From positions 37,798-101,797 of the IMG/VR virus record IMGVR_UViG_3300043788_000131: a DNA stretch of 64,000 nt. One strand, 5' to 3'. The stretch's first letter is position 1. Every line of letters starts with the position of its first letter. Position numbers and translations under genes: made by a program. Below, in pieces: positions 27,620-36,957 of the stretch. The DNA comes from a virus. A model generated the notes under the pieces. That model had not been told where the DNA came from. It saw nothing but the letters and a program-made list of their open reading frames with translations, and did not search any database.

Positions 27620-29187
27620 TACCAGAGCGAGAGATCGTGCTTCGCGAGCGCGAGCGACGGCCGCCAATTCCCGATCTCGGATTGCCGGTAGAGGGTGACG
27701 CTCGGATACCAGGGCGAGTCGACGCGCCCGCCGAGTTGCCAGCGCCAGTCGGTCGAGAACTTCGGAATGAAAATCCAGGTCTGGATGCCGAGGCTCGCCG
27801 CCATGTGGGCGACCGAGGTGTCGGCGGTGATGACCAGATCGCAGTGCAGAAGCACGGCAGCGGTGTCAGCGAAGTCGGTCAAATCAAGGAATGTTATCGC
27901 CGGATGCGATAACTTCAGTAACTCCACGTCCTCGGCGTCCTCGGGGCGGACCTGCTGCACCGAGACAAAGTTGACGCCGGGCACATCGAACAGCGTCGCG
28001 AATTCCCGTAGCTTGAGCGACCGGTGGGCGTCGTTCTTGTGCTTGAAGAAGCCCGCCCAGCAAACCGCGACGTCGAGGTTGCCGTCACGGTACACGCGGC
28101 GGCCCCACTCGGCTGTCTTGTCCATCGGTATCTTCGGCACCCATGGCGGCACCGCGCGAATCTTCTCCTCAGTGTCAACGCCCAGGTAGCGCGCGAGCGA
28201 CATTTGCGCGACCCAGCAGTCGAAGGTCTCCTTGATGTCTAGCCCCACGGCTTCCTTGGCGCCGGTCCAGATGATCTTCTCCATCGGCTGCAGGACGCGC
28301 ACGCCCTCGATCTCGACGAGGTGGCGGACGGCGCGGTGGGCAACGAGGAAGATTTCGGCCGGATTTTTCCGCCGTAATTCAGGCAGGAAGCGCATGAACT
28401 GAATGCAATCGCCGACCCCCTGCTCGCAATGGACGACGATGCGCTTCCCTTCAATCGACTCGCCCGGCTTCCACTTGTTGTCGGTCGGCAGCCCGAAGTT
28501 GGCTTGCTGCATGTCCGAGGTGAGCAGCCGCGCTTCGTAGTGCTCCCAGCCCTCCTTGAATTCGCCTGTGAGCAGGTAATTGATGCCCAGATTGTAGTGG
28601 GCGTCGGCGTCATTCAAGCGGCTGACGGATTCGCTTAGCTCCTCGCGGAGCGAGAGCGAGCGCAAAAGCTCCTCGCGGCCCTCAAGATGGCGGCCGAGCC
28701 GCATGAGGACGATGCCGAGGTTATAGCGCGGGAACGGGTCATCCGGCTTGTAGGCGATGCCCTTGCGTAGCGCGTGCTCCGCATCCTTGTAGCGGCCGAG
28801 CCGTTCGAGCGTGTTACCGAGGTTGTTGAAGTGCAGCGCGCGCTCTTCGGTCGGCGCGCCCTGTTTCTCGCCGAGTGCGCACGCCCGTTCGAGGTCAGGG
28901 ACCGCCCTGGCCGGCTGCCCGAGTTGCGAGAGCGTCAGCGCGAAATTGGTCAGCGCCATTGCCTTCTTGGGGTTCGCCTCGCGCGCGCGCCAGAACCACC
29001 AGAATGCTTCGTGCAAGCGCCCGGCCTCGAAGAGCGAGGCGCCCAAGCGATTGACGATGTCCCAATTCTCCGGCTCGTGTTCGAGTATCCCCTTGAACAT
29101 CCCGGCGGCGCCGAGGTGGTTGCCTTGCGCTGCCATCCCGCGGCCGACTTCAAGCGCCTGCGGGATTGTCAGATCCATTTCCCCCAT
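27616..29187 (-). CDS. TPR-repeat + GT-B (GT9-like) glycosyltransferase, second paralogue
   Basis: NNLGNTL/YNLG TPRs; EQGVGDCIQFMRF, VCWAG...H.ND.HRS, DFADTAAVL..CDLVITADTSVAHMAASLG, DWRW...SPWYPS..LYRQ. Confidence 0.9.
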   Translation of the reverse strand: MGEMDLTIPQALEVGRGMAAQGNHLGAAGMFKGILEHEPENWDIVNRLGASLFEAGRLHEAFWWFWRAREANPKKAMALTNFALTLSQLGQPARAVPDLERACALGEKQGAPTEERALHFNNLGNTLERLGRYKDAEHALRKGIAYKPDDPFPRYNLGIVLMRLGRHLEGREELLRSLSLREELSESVSRLNDADAHYNLGINYLLTGEFKEGWEHYEARLLTSDMQQANFGLPTDNKWKPGESIEGKRIVVHCEQGVGDCIQFMRFLPELRRKNPAEIFLVAHRAVRHLVEIEGVRVLQPMEKIIWTGAKEAVGLDIKETFDCWVAQMSLARYLGVDTEEKIRAVPPWVPKIPMDKTAEWGRRVYRDGNLDVAVCWAGFFKHKNDAHRSLKLREFATLFDVPGVNFVSVQQVRPEDAEDVELLKLSHPAITFLDLTDFADTAAVLLHCDLVITADTSVAHMAASLGIQTWIFIPKFSTDWRWQLGGRVDSPWYPSVTLYRQSEIGNWRPSLALAKHDLSLWY

Positions 29188-29350
29188 CGTCTCCCCCGTC
29201 CTCCTCTGCAAGTTTCGCCATCAGCAAAGCGACGGCGGCTTCGTCATCAGCACGCCGTCGCCGTTCGCGAGCTCGTTCGAGCAGCGCGGCGTAATCGGTG
29301 GCGTTCGGAATTTCGTAGGTGTCGAAGGTCGGCAGGCTCAGCCCGGTCAT
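29150..29350 (-). CDS. Small protein with RRRRADDEAAVALLM motif
   Basis: ATGA-coupled to the portal stop. Confidence 0.55.
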   Translation of the reverse strand: MTGLSLPTFDTYEIPNATDYAALLERARERRRRADDEAAVALLMAKLAEEDGGDDGGNGSDNPAGA

Positions 29351-32091
29351 TCTTCCTGGAAACCGGCCACATCGCCGCGCTCGTTACGCAGCACGCGATG
29401 GGTACGCTTGCGCGCCAGATGCGCGATCATCGCCTCCATGCGGGCCATGCGGTCCTCGTTGCCGCCGCTCGGTTGATGGACCGGGGCGAGCGACATGCCG
29501 GGAGGCAGGACGGCGTGTGAAATCTTGCCGTCCGAACCGCGCACGAATTTGACTTGCGGCGAGGGCGCAGGGGGCGAACCCGATGGGCTCGCGCGGGCTG
29601 CACCACCACGGGGGGGCTGGGGGGAAGCGGCGCGGCCGGTCCCTGCACCCTCGCCTTGCTGTTGGGCCTGTTGCTCGTCGAACGTAGCCGATCTCTCCGC
29701 CATTTGCCGAGCGTGCGCGTCATTTTCTGCAGCGCGGCCAGCCTCGTTCTCCGCCATTTGCCGGCCGTGCACATCCTGCTCCACCTGATGGTGGTGTGCG
29801 CGCAGATCCAAGCCGTGGCGGAAGCCATGGTCGGCCGCTGAAAGCACCGTCTCGTGGTGCTTCATAGCGTGCTCGTGGCCCATCGCGCGGGCGTCCTGCT
29901 GGTGCCCGAGGATCATGTCGACCACGTCGGCTTCGAGCTCGCGCTTGCCGAGGGCAATCTTCGCCACGGCCGCGAGGCCTGTCAGCATCGAGGCTTGGCC
30001 CTGCTTTTTGTCCTTCTCGATCTTCGCCTGAATCGCCTGCATCTGCAGGTCGCCCATTGGATTGGGCTGGGCGTTGTCGTCTTTGATGAAGAAGCGATCG
30101 CCGCCGTCCTTGTAGCCGACAGCGCCGAACACCTCTTCGATGATGGCGTCGATGTTGAGCTTGCGCTTACCGCTCTGAAAATCCGGCGATTGCATCAGGA
30201 TCGGTGCGACGGTCTGCGCCGCGGTCGCGAATTTCGCCAGCCGCTGCTGCGGATCACCGGCACCAAGGCCGACGCTCACCCGCATCGTGATCTGCTGTTC
30301 GAGGAGATTGTCGTCGATCTGGTCGATGCCGAACTTCTCGAATAGCTGCGCGCGCTGCCCGCACAGCCCGAGCACCGTGGCGTCGTTCTCGTAATACTGC
30401 TCAAGGCGCATAAGCTGGGTCAGCGACGGCTCAGCCCATGTCATCAGCCATACACGGATGTCGAATTCTTGCACCGCATTGGCGGCGCCGGCAGCGAGCT
30501 TGAGGCCGCCGAGCGTCTTGCCGAGGGCCTGATTGTTCTCGACGTTGCCATAGTTCTGGACACCGGCGAGATCGTCCATTTCGATGTTGAGCTCACGGTT
30601 CATGACCGTGGAGTCCTGGGGCAACTGCGGCGCCTGCTCCCAGGTCACGTCGGCCGGGTCGTCGACCATGATGGAGGAGCCGAACGAACGGCGGCGGACC
30701 TGATCGAGGTCGATGCGCTTGCCGCGCTTGACCTTCGAGATCGGCATGACGTTCTGTTTGATGGCGTCAAGCTGCAGATTGCGCAGGTCGTTTACCTCGA
30801 CCTGCAACGGCTGCCAGGACTCGACCGGCGCCATCGGGAAGATGCGGTGCGATTCGAGTGCGCCGTACCCAAGAGCTAAGGGTCGTTCACCAAACTGTTC
30901 GGGATAGGCCTCGCTCGTGGGCTTGGGATCGGTCAAAAAGAACTGATCGCCGATCGTCCAAAACTGCCAATCCTCGCCCCCGATTCTCATAAACACTTCG
31001 TAGACCCAAATCACCTGGAACTCGGTCCCGGTCTGGGTCTCGTCGTAGCGGTCGAGGCCCACCTCACGCGCGCGGCGGATGGCCTCCATGTCCTGCTTGC
31101 CGAGCACGGAGGCGCCGCGAAGCTGCGCTTCGGTCAGATCGTGCCAGGGATTTACCGGCGAATCCTGCTTCTGGCGGATTTCGTCATACGTCATCGGGTA
31201 CTTGAGGATGATGAATGACGCCGTCTGCACCGGGTTGCGCCAGTCGGCGCCCGAGTGAATGACGAAGTTCTCCGGCGGGAAGTTCAGGATCTCGGGGCGG
31301 TCAACGGCGACCTCATAGACCGTGCGGACCTTGCGGACGTGCGCGCCGTCCTGGCCGGCTTCGAGGTAGTGCTCGTCTTTGATCTTGCGGTATTCGAGCT
31401 TCCAGAACTGCTTGGTGAGGCACAGTCCGGTGAGAAGCGCGTCCTGGCGCGCGCCCATCGCCACCAGGAACCAGGGGATGCCAGCCTTGCCCGAGGTCGT
31501 ATCGGTGCGGTAGTTGACCAATTCCTCCATGACAGAGGCAGCCGCGCGCTGCTTCGGGTCGCTTTCGTTGCCCGGCAGACAGGTGACGGCGTCGATCGAA
31601 TTAAAGAGCGAAGCAGAGACCGCGGCCATGTCCTTGCGGACCGCGGCGCGTGTCTTCGGGACAAACAAACGAGAGCGATTGCGCCACTCGGGCTTGGTGT
31701 ACTTACTTCCAACGAAATGCTCGTTGTGAAAGGCGCGAAGCGATTGCGACCATGCCCGCCGGTTGACCTGGGCGGTGTAAAGCTGGGCCTGCTGCTCGGC
31801 GATGCGCACGAGGCCGAGGAAATCCACATCCGGGATGTCTTGCTGCAATTCCGGGGGGTTTTCGGCGTCGTCCGCGGCTTGGTTTTCGAGCTCGTCCGGT
31901 TCCGGTTGCTGGTCGACGCCGGCCATGCCGCGCCATCTATTGTCGCGAACAAACCCGCCGTTGCCGGTTTTGCCGGCAAAGCGGCCGCGCGCGCCATCGT
32001 CTGGCGGAGTGCCGGGCGAGGAGAATGAGACCGGCAGCCCGCGCGTGCCGCGAAGCGGGTCCTCGCCGGGCGGCGTGGTGCGAAGCGCCAT
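29347..32091 (-). CDS. Portal protein (P22-like) with long His/Gln/Pro-rich C-terminal extension
   Basis: RSRLFVPKTR, LQ.EVNDLRNLQLD, KTLGG motifs; KFVRG.DG.I and VLRNERG.V tail motifs. Confidence 0.85.
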   Translation of the reverse strand: MALRTTPPGEDPLRGTRGLPVSFSSPGTPPDDGARGRFAGKTGNGGFVRDNRWRGMAGVDQQPEPDELENQAADDAENPPELQQDIPDVDFLGLVRIAEQQAQLYTAQVNRRAWSQSLRAFHNEHFVGSKYTKPEWRNRSRLFVPKTRAAVRKDMAAVSASLFNSIDAVTCLPGNESDPKQRAAASVMEELVNYRTDTTSGKAGIPWFLVAMGARQDALLTGLCLTKQFWKLEYRKIKDEHYLEAGQDGAHVRKVRTVYEVAVDRPEILNFPPENFVIHSGADWRNPVQTASFIILKYPMTYDEIRQKQDSPVNPWHDLTEAQLRGASVLGKQDMEAIRRAREVGLDRYDETQTGTEFQVIWVYEVFMRIGGEDWQFWTIGDQFFLTDPKPTSEAYPEQFGERPLALGYGALESHRIFPMAPVESWQPLQVEVNDLRNLQLDAIKQNVMPISKVKRGKRIDLDQVRRRSFGSSIMVDDPADVTWEQAPQLPQDSTVMNRELNIEMDDLAGVQNYGNVENNQALGKTLGGLKLAAGAANAVQEFDIRVWLMTWAEPSLTQLMRLEQYYENDATVLGLCGQRAQLFEKFGIDQIDDNLLEQQITMRVSVGLGAGDPQQRLAKFATAAQTVAPILMQSPDFQSGKRKLNIDAIIEEVFGAVGYKDGGDRFFIKDDNAQPNPMGDLQMQAIQAKIEKDKKQGQASMLTGLAAVAKIALGKRELEADVVDMILGHQQDARAMGHEHAMKHHETVLSAADHGFRHGLDLRAHHHQVEQDVHGRQMAENEAGRAAENDAHARQMAERSATFDEQQAQQQGEGAGTGRAASPQPPRGGAARASPSGSPPAPSPQVKFVRGSDGKISHAVLPPGMSLAPVHQPSGGNEDRMARMEAMIAHLARKRTHRVLRNERGDVAGFQEE

Positions 32092-32094
32092 CGG

Positions 32095-32403
32095 TTAGTC
32101 CGTGATGTTGTAGAAGCCCGTAATGACGCCGCTCGACCCCGTGCCCAGCGTGACCGCCGTCACCTGCAGATCAAATTGCCAGACGCCGATCGGGCATGAG
32201 CCCATGGTGACCGTGGTGCCATCGAGCATCGTGAAAGCAATGGTGGTCGCGACCGTGATGACGACGATGATCTTGGTCGGGATGGGCGTGTTGTATGTCG
32301 TTCCCGACGTCATCACGCCGATGGTGCCGTGCTTGGGCGAGACCGGGCGGCGGTCGGCCATCTGGCTTTGGACGAGAGGGGTCGTCACAGCAACAGTAGC
32401 CAT
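32095..32403 (-). CDS. Small Thr-rich beta structural protein
   Basis: AGGAG RBS; beta-strand pattern. Confidence 0.6.
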   Translation of the reverse strand: MATVAVTTPLVQSQMADRRPVSPKHGTIGVMTSGTTYNTPIPTKIIVVITVATTIAFTMLDGTTVTMGSCPIGVWQFDLQVTAVTLGTGSSGVITGFYNITD

Positions 32404-32412
32404 TGCGCGCTC

Positions 32413-32865
32413 CTATTCGGGGACTTTGAGCCAGGGCCTCACGAGGGCCGAATGTTTCTCGCGGGCGTCGAGGAATTCGCCGAGATTGAAGCGCTGGCGG
32501 CTCATGCCATAGCGTTCGAGCAACTCGCCGCCGGCACGCATCAGGAGGCCTTCGTCGAGCGGATCAGTCTTGAGGTTGATTGCCCACCAGCGATTGATCC
32601 CCATGAGGATCGGGATGTTGAAATAGGCCATGCCCTGCTGGCCGTCGTGCTTGGTGCGCCAAGTGACGCCGGGATAGTGCTTCTGCAGCACGCCCATCAT
32701 CCATTTGGCGCAGGCCATGTCCTGGGCGGCGTACTTGTCCTCGATGTGCTCGCCATCGGGACCGAATGGCGCCTCGTATTGGGTGCGCACGACGATGTCG
32801 TGGCCGGTTCCAAACACGCTTTTCGGCACCACCTGCTCATGCAAGGTGACAGCATCATCGGCCAT
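32413..32865 (-). CDS. Conserved-looking hypothetical protein upstream of portal
   Basis: L..HYPG..W...RAGGELLERY...R pattern. Confidence 0.6.
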   Translation of the reverse strand: MADDAVTLHEQVVPKSVFGTGHDIVVRTQYEAPFGPDGEHIEDKYAAQDMACAKWMMGVLQKHYPGVTWRTKHDGQQGMAYFNIPILMGINRWWAINLKTDPLDEGLLMRAGGELLERYGMSRQRFNLGEFLDAREKHSALVRPWLKVPE

Positions 32866-32882
32866 ACGCGGTACTCGAAATG

Positions 32883-32905
32883 AAAAGGCCGCCTTGCGGC
32901 GGCCT
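32883..32905 (-). terminator. Intrinsic terminator-like hairpin
   Basis: AGGCCGCC-GCAA-GGCGGCCT + TTTCATTT (GNRA loop). Confidence 0.75.
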
Positions 32906-32965
32906 CTCTGTTGGGCTTTGCGCCCGATCCGGGCTGTGGTGCCCGGTGTGTTCAGTCAGCGGCGA

Positions 32966-33349
32966 TCAGACAACGTCCGTCTCGTGATAGCGCCATGTGC
33001 CCGTCGCGCCGATGTAGTCGTAGCGGACGCTGGTGTGGGTCGCCATGGCGGCATTGGGTGGGAATACCGACAGCGATACCGTCCCATCGGTCTTATTGAC
33101 CGCTGTGATGATGGCCGCGATTGCCAAGCCCGTGCCGGCGTCCTGATAGAGGACCGGCTGGGTGACCTTGGGGCCAATCGTGCGCGCAACAACCATGTCG
33201 GCACTCGCAAATGATACGGGTTTGAGGCGATGTTTGTGTCGCGATTGCCGATCGGCCACTACCGCGGCCATCATGACCACCAGCAGGGTGAAAAGGATGA
33301 CGAGAGCTAGAGCCCAGATGAGGAGACTATTAGTCGGCTCTGGTCTCAC
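32966..33349 (-). CDS. Hypothetical protein, N-terminal TM plus small SH3-like domain
   Basis: AAIITAV...V.L.VFPP...GTWRY. Confidence 0.5.
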   Translation of the reverse strand: MRPEPTNSLLIWALALVILFTLLVVMMAAVVADRQSRHKHRLKPVSFASADMVVARTIGPKVTQPVLYQDAGTGLAIAAIITAVNKTDGTVSLSVFPPNAAMATHTSVRYDYIGATGTWRYHETDVV

Positions 33350-33506
33350 TTAGTCACCTCTAGCGGCTCCACGACCTCGAAGACGCTGTACGCATCGAGG
33401 GCAGTGTTGACGAGCCACCAAATATCCCCATTGACCATTGTCACACGGACCGTGCCGTCAACGACCTCGGTCGCACTAACGATGTGCTTGGGGTTGATGC
33501 GTGTCG

Positions 33507-33761
33507 TCATGTGATCTGGTACACTTTGCGACGCCGCCCGTACCAATAGACCGTGAATTTGCCGCTGTGGTCCGCACGTATCAGGTGGCCGTCGCGCCGG
33601 AGCTCGTAGATTCGAGCAGACAGCCGGTAGCAGCGGAACAACGCCAACGCCGTTGGCGCGTCAAGCGGATGACCGCCGTGCATGAGGTAAGCGAGGATTT
33701 TGAGTCTCTGGCTCATTTGCACTGCGGCGGCTTGCTCATATACCAAAGGAAGTCGGCCCAA
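33507..33761 (-). CDS. Winged-HTH DNA-binding protein
   Basis: ILAYL..G..L....AL..F.CYRLSARIYELRR.G..I. Confidence 0.75.
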   Translation of the reverse strand: MGRLPLVYEQAAAVQMSQRLKILAYLMHGGHPLDAPTALALFRCYRLSARIYELRRDGHLIRADHSGKFTVYWYGRRRKVYQIT

Positions 33762-33813
33762 CTGCCCTCACCATCCCACCAGAGCTCAAACATTCCCCAA
33801 TGTGAGATCGACC

Positions 33814-34791
33814 TCATTTGCGCTGCTCCGCGATCCAATCGAACGTCCGTTCCAGGCCCACACTGAAGGGCGTGCTGGCCCGCCATCCCAAGTGTTGCTC
33901 GGCCAGATCAGTGGCCACGAGAAGCTGCTGCTTCCCAATCGGGCCGGGCACGTGCTTGACCGTCAAGGTCTTGTTCGAGCGCGCGATCGCGAGTGCCGCG
34001 ATTTCGTCGCAAGTGGTCAATTCTTTGGTGGCTATGTTCACCGGACCGTCGAATGTAGTCGATCGCGCCAGTGCTGTAATCGCATCGAGTAGATCGTCAA
34101 TGAAAACAAGCGGCCGTATTTGTTTGCCGTCGCCCCAAACCTCGACCTCGCCGCCGTGAGGGGCGTCGAGGACCTTGCGGATGATTGCCGCAACGGCCTT
34201 CTCACGGCCATCATCGAAGCAGCCCCCAGGGCCGTAAATGGTTGAGAACCGCGTGATGCAGACATTCAGACCGTAATTGCGCTTGTGCGCGAGGTAGAGT
34301 TCCTCGCTAAAGAGTTTTTCCCAGCCGTAGGAGTTCGAGGGCGGCCCGATTCGTCCAGCATCCTCTTCTCTGAGACTAAGCGAGCAGTGCTGTGCCCACT
34401 GGTCTGCCATGAAATCGTTGTAGACGCAGGACGAGGACGTGTAGAGCAACCGCCCGCAGCCGACGCGACTGAAGGTGCGCGCGACATTAGTGTTTATGAG
34501 CACATTGTCGGCGATGACCTCGGCGTCGTGCTCGCCCGTGAAGATGTAGCCGGCGCCGCCCATGTTGGAGGCGCACTGGTACACCTCGTCGAACCCCCGG
34601 TCGTCGGCGGTGCTCGTCCAAGCCCGCATCGGATGCCGAAGGTCCACGCACTGGAAGTCGTCGCACTCGATCTCGCCGAATGGACTGTGGCGGATGTCCA
34701 CCGCGCGGACCCAATGGCCTTCGCTCTTGAGCTTGGCGCAGAGCGCCTTGCCGATGAAGCCGGCGGCGCCGAGAACGAGGGCGGTTTTCAT
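33814..34791 (-). CDS. NAD-dependent nucleotide-sugar epimerase (GDP-mannose 3,5-epimerase-like extended SDR)
   Basis: GAAGFIG, ASNMGGAGYI, SSSCVY, YGWEKLFSE (YxxxK), GREKA.AA..RK, VWGDG.Q.R. Confidence 0.9.
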   Translation of the reverse strand: MKTALVLGAAGFIGKALCAKLKSEGHWVRAVDIRHSPFGEIECDDFQCVDLRHPMRAWTSTADDRGFDEVYQCASNMGGAGYIFTGEHDAEVIADNVLINTNVARTFSRVGCGRLLYTSSSCVYNDFMADQWAQHCSLSLREEDAGRIGPPSNSYGWEKLFSEELYLAHKRNYGLNVCITRFSTIYGPGGCFDDGREKAVAAIIRKVLDAPHGGEVEVWGDGKQIRPLVFIDDLLDAITALARSTTFDGPVNIATKELTTCDEIAALAIARSNKTLTVKHVPGPIGKQQLLVATDLAEQHLGWRASTPFSVGLERTFDWIAEQRK

Positions 34792-35531
34792 GCTGCTTGC
34801 CCCAACGCGGCGAGGATCTCCCGCGGATCATTCTGGACGATGTTCAGGGCGCGCACTTGTTCGTCCCAGGTTGAAGGGAACGGCTTGGAATAGTCGATCT
34901 CGACGCCTTCGCAGTCGTTAAATCTGCCAACAATCCCCAGCCCCGTTGGCGGGCAAGCCACGGTGAACGCGATCAGATCCCAGCGTTGCTCAACGATCGC
35001 CGCCATCACACGCCACGCATCCCCCGTATGAAAGGACACACCCTCGGCTTTCGGCTGGGCGGTGCGTTCGTCCATGGGGATGATGTCGTGCAGGCAGATG
35101 ATCGACGATCCCTTGGCAAGCCTTTCAAGGGTCAGGAAGTCTTTCCTCACCTGGGCCGCCGCGTGATCACCGTCAATCAAGGCCAGATCGAAGCCGAAGC
35201 ATCGCATCCGGTTCTTCTCGATCGAGAAAAAGTCGTCCGAGGTTGTCACCCCCACAAGCGTGTTTGGCCGCGGCTCCATCTGAGGTGCGGGGTCGATACC
35301 GACTACACGGGTCTCCGGCAGCGCCAGCCTGACGGTGTCGCCTCGCCGGACGCCGATCTCGACGTAGAGTTCGGGGTGTAAAATGTTGTGAAACGTCGAA
35401 AGCAGCGCGCGATAGTCTGGGCCAGGGAGCTTGAGATAGGCCAGGGCCTCGTAGCCGAGGTGATCGTGGATCGGAGCCGAGGCCAGCGTGTGCGCAATGC
35501 GCTCGCAGAGTTCAGCCTGCCGCTTGTACAT
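34788..35531 (-). CDS. Class I SAM methyltransferase (Methyltransf_24-like)
   Basis: YVEIGV..G, GIDP, TSDDFF, DLALIDGDH, ICLHD, TGDAWR. Confidence 0.85.
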   Translation of the reverse strand: MYKRQAELCERIAHTLASAPIHDHLGYEALAYLKLPGPDYRALLSTFHNILHPELYVEIGVRRGDTVRLALPETRVVGIDPAPQMEPRPNTLVGVTTSDDFFSIEKNRMRCFGFDLALIDGDHAAAQVRKDFLTLERLAKGSSIICLHDIIPMDERTAQPKAEGVSFHTGDAWRVMAAIVEQRWDLIAFTVACPPTGLGIVGRFNDCEGVEIDYSKPFPSTWDEQVRALNIVQNDPREILAALGQAA

Positions 35532-36921
35532 TTGCTTCCTCGGTGACGGGAGTAAGCAAGTCGCCCGCCGCACCCTTATACTCCTTGCGGCCGGCGTGGA
35601 TTATTGATGCGTAGGGGTCCAGCCAGATTTCGCCGCCGATGGCCTGCCAGCGTTGACAGAACGAGAAGTCCTCGCTCAGGCGCTCGGGGAGTTCTTGGCC
35701 CGCGCGCTTCCACATCAGGTCGAAAAACAGCGCCCACTCGCGGCCGTGGCCGTCTGTGTTGTACTCAAGCTCCGGGTAGGCCTCGCACATCTTTTCGACG
35801 ACAGATCGCTTGAGCACGACGAAGGCGAAGCCCACATGCCGCACCTTCATGAACTTGGTATGAGGATGAAGGATTTGTGTGCCGGTGATTGCGTTGTAGC
35901 AGGGCGACACTTCGTCGGTTTTCTTGACCCCGGCGATCGCCGCAAAATCGTGATCGGAGCCGATCAGGCGAATGAGGAGATTGGGCTCCCAGCCCATGTC
36001 ATCGTCAATGAAGGCGATGTGGGTGGCGTCCGGCATGGCCTTGAGGCCATTCCAAAGCAAATGCTCCCTGCCCTTGCCGATATGAGAAGAGCCGCTTTGC
36101 TGCTGGACGCGATAGCTGATCCGCTTGGCGGCGAGGGCCGACAATGTGTGAGTGAAGCTATGGTGATAGACGATGTCGACCGTATGGTTCTGGATCGGCG
36201 TCAGCAGCAGCAGTCGCACCTTCGAGAAATCCGGGGTTGAGATCGTCACTCCCAACAGGGCGGCAACGCGCTCGACTTGCTGCCGGCGCTCGTCGCTATT
36301 GCGCCATTCGGCGTAAAGCTTGGTGTCCTCGTCGAAGTCGCGCGAGCCGCGTTGGTATGTGGCGTCCCTCCCGGCGAGGGGAGTGCCGCTGAAAATCGGG
36401 TGATGGTGCTCGACGATCACGTCCTCAAGCGGGACCAGCAGCTTGAAGTCTTGTGCGAACGAACCCCAGGTGTCGTCGGAGTAGTTGTGACGCATCTTGC
36501 CGGGGGCGATGGTGCCGATCGCGCGCGCCAGATCGCCGCCCATGACGCGGCATGTGTACGGGGACGGGAAGTTTTGGCGGTTGTTGGCGATGGCGATCTT
36601 GGTGGAGCCGGCCGCCTCGACCATCTTGTCGAACCAAGCGGGGGTGATCGGCCAATAATCGTCGTCGATGATGCCGTAATAAGGCTCATCCCCCATCCGG
36701 ATGAACGCAGTTCGCACTGCCTCGCAGAAGCGCGACCCAGCTAGCACGACGAGGAGCCGCCATGTGCTAGGCCAAAATCCGCGCGCTTGCCGCTCGACAT
36801 ACTGGTCGTATGCCGGATCGTCCTGATTAACGAGGATCGCCAGATCGGCCGGCATTCCCCCAGGCGCCCCGAGCATCTTGCCGGGGGCGTCTGGGCGACC
36901 GTAGGAAGGCATTAGCCACAT
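35512..36921 (-). CDS. Two-domain GT-A (GT2-like) glycosyltransferase
   Basis: Domain 1 PSYGRP...IIDDD...HNYSDD...EHHHP; domain 2 THIAFIDDDMGW...VGFAF...LSEDFSFC.RW..IGG.IW.D...H.G. Confidence 0.85.
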   Translation of the reverse strand: MWLMPSYGRPDAPGKMLGAPGGMPADLAILVNQDDPAYDQYVERQARGFWPSTWRLLVVLAGSRFCEAVRTAFIRMGDEPYYGIIDDDYWPITPAWFDKMVEAAGSTKIAIANNRQNFPSPYTCRVMGGDLARAIGTIAPGKMRHNYSDDTWGSFAQDFKLLVPLEDVIVEHHHPIFSGTPLAGRDATYQRGSRDFDEDTKLYAEWRNSDERRQQVERVAALLGVTISTPDFSKVRLLLLTPIQNHTVDIVYHHSFTHTLSALAAKRISYRVQQQSGSSHIGKGREHLLWNGLKAMPDATHIAFIDDDMGWEPNLLIRLIGSDHDFAAIAGVKKTDEVSPCYNAITGTQILHPHTKFMKVRHVGFAFVVLKRSVVEKMCEAYPELEYNTDGHGREWALFFDLMWKRAGQELPERLSEDFSFCQRWQAIGGEIWLDPYASIIHAGRKEYKGAAGDLLTPVTEEANVQAAG

Positions 36922-36957
36922 GAGGGGCGAGGTACTCCGATGCCGGTTAAGGGCCGG

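Noticed and set aside
22670-36921. Sugar enzymes as a DNA hypermodification or host O-antigen conversion locus
   Set aside because: No base hydroxymethylase or kinase partners and no GtrA/GtrB/flippase or polymerase-type membrane proteins; the genes are co-oriented within the morphogenesis operon. Disfavoured, not excluded.
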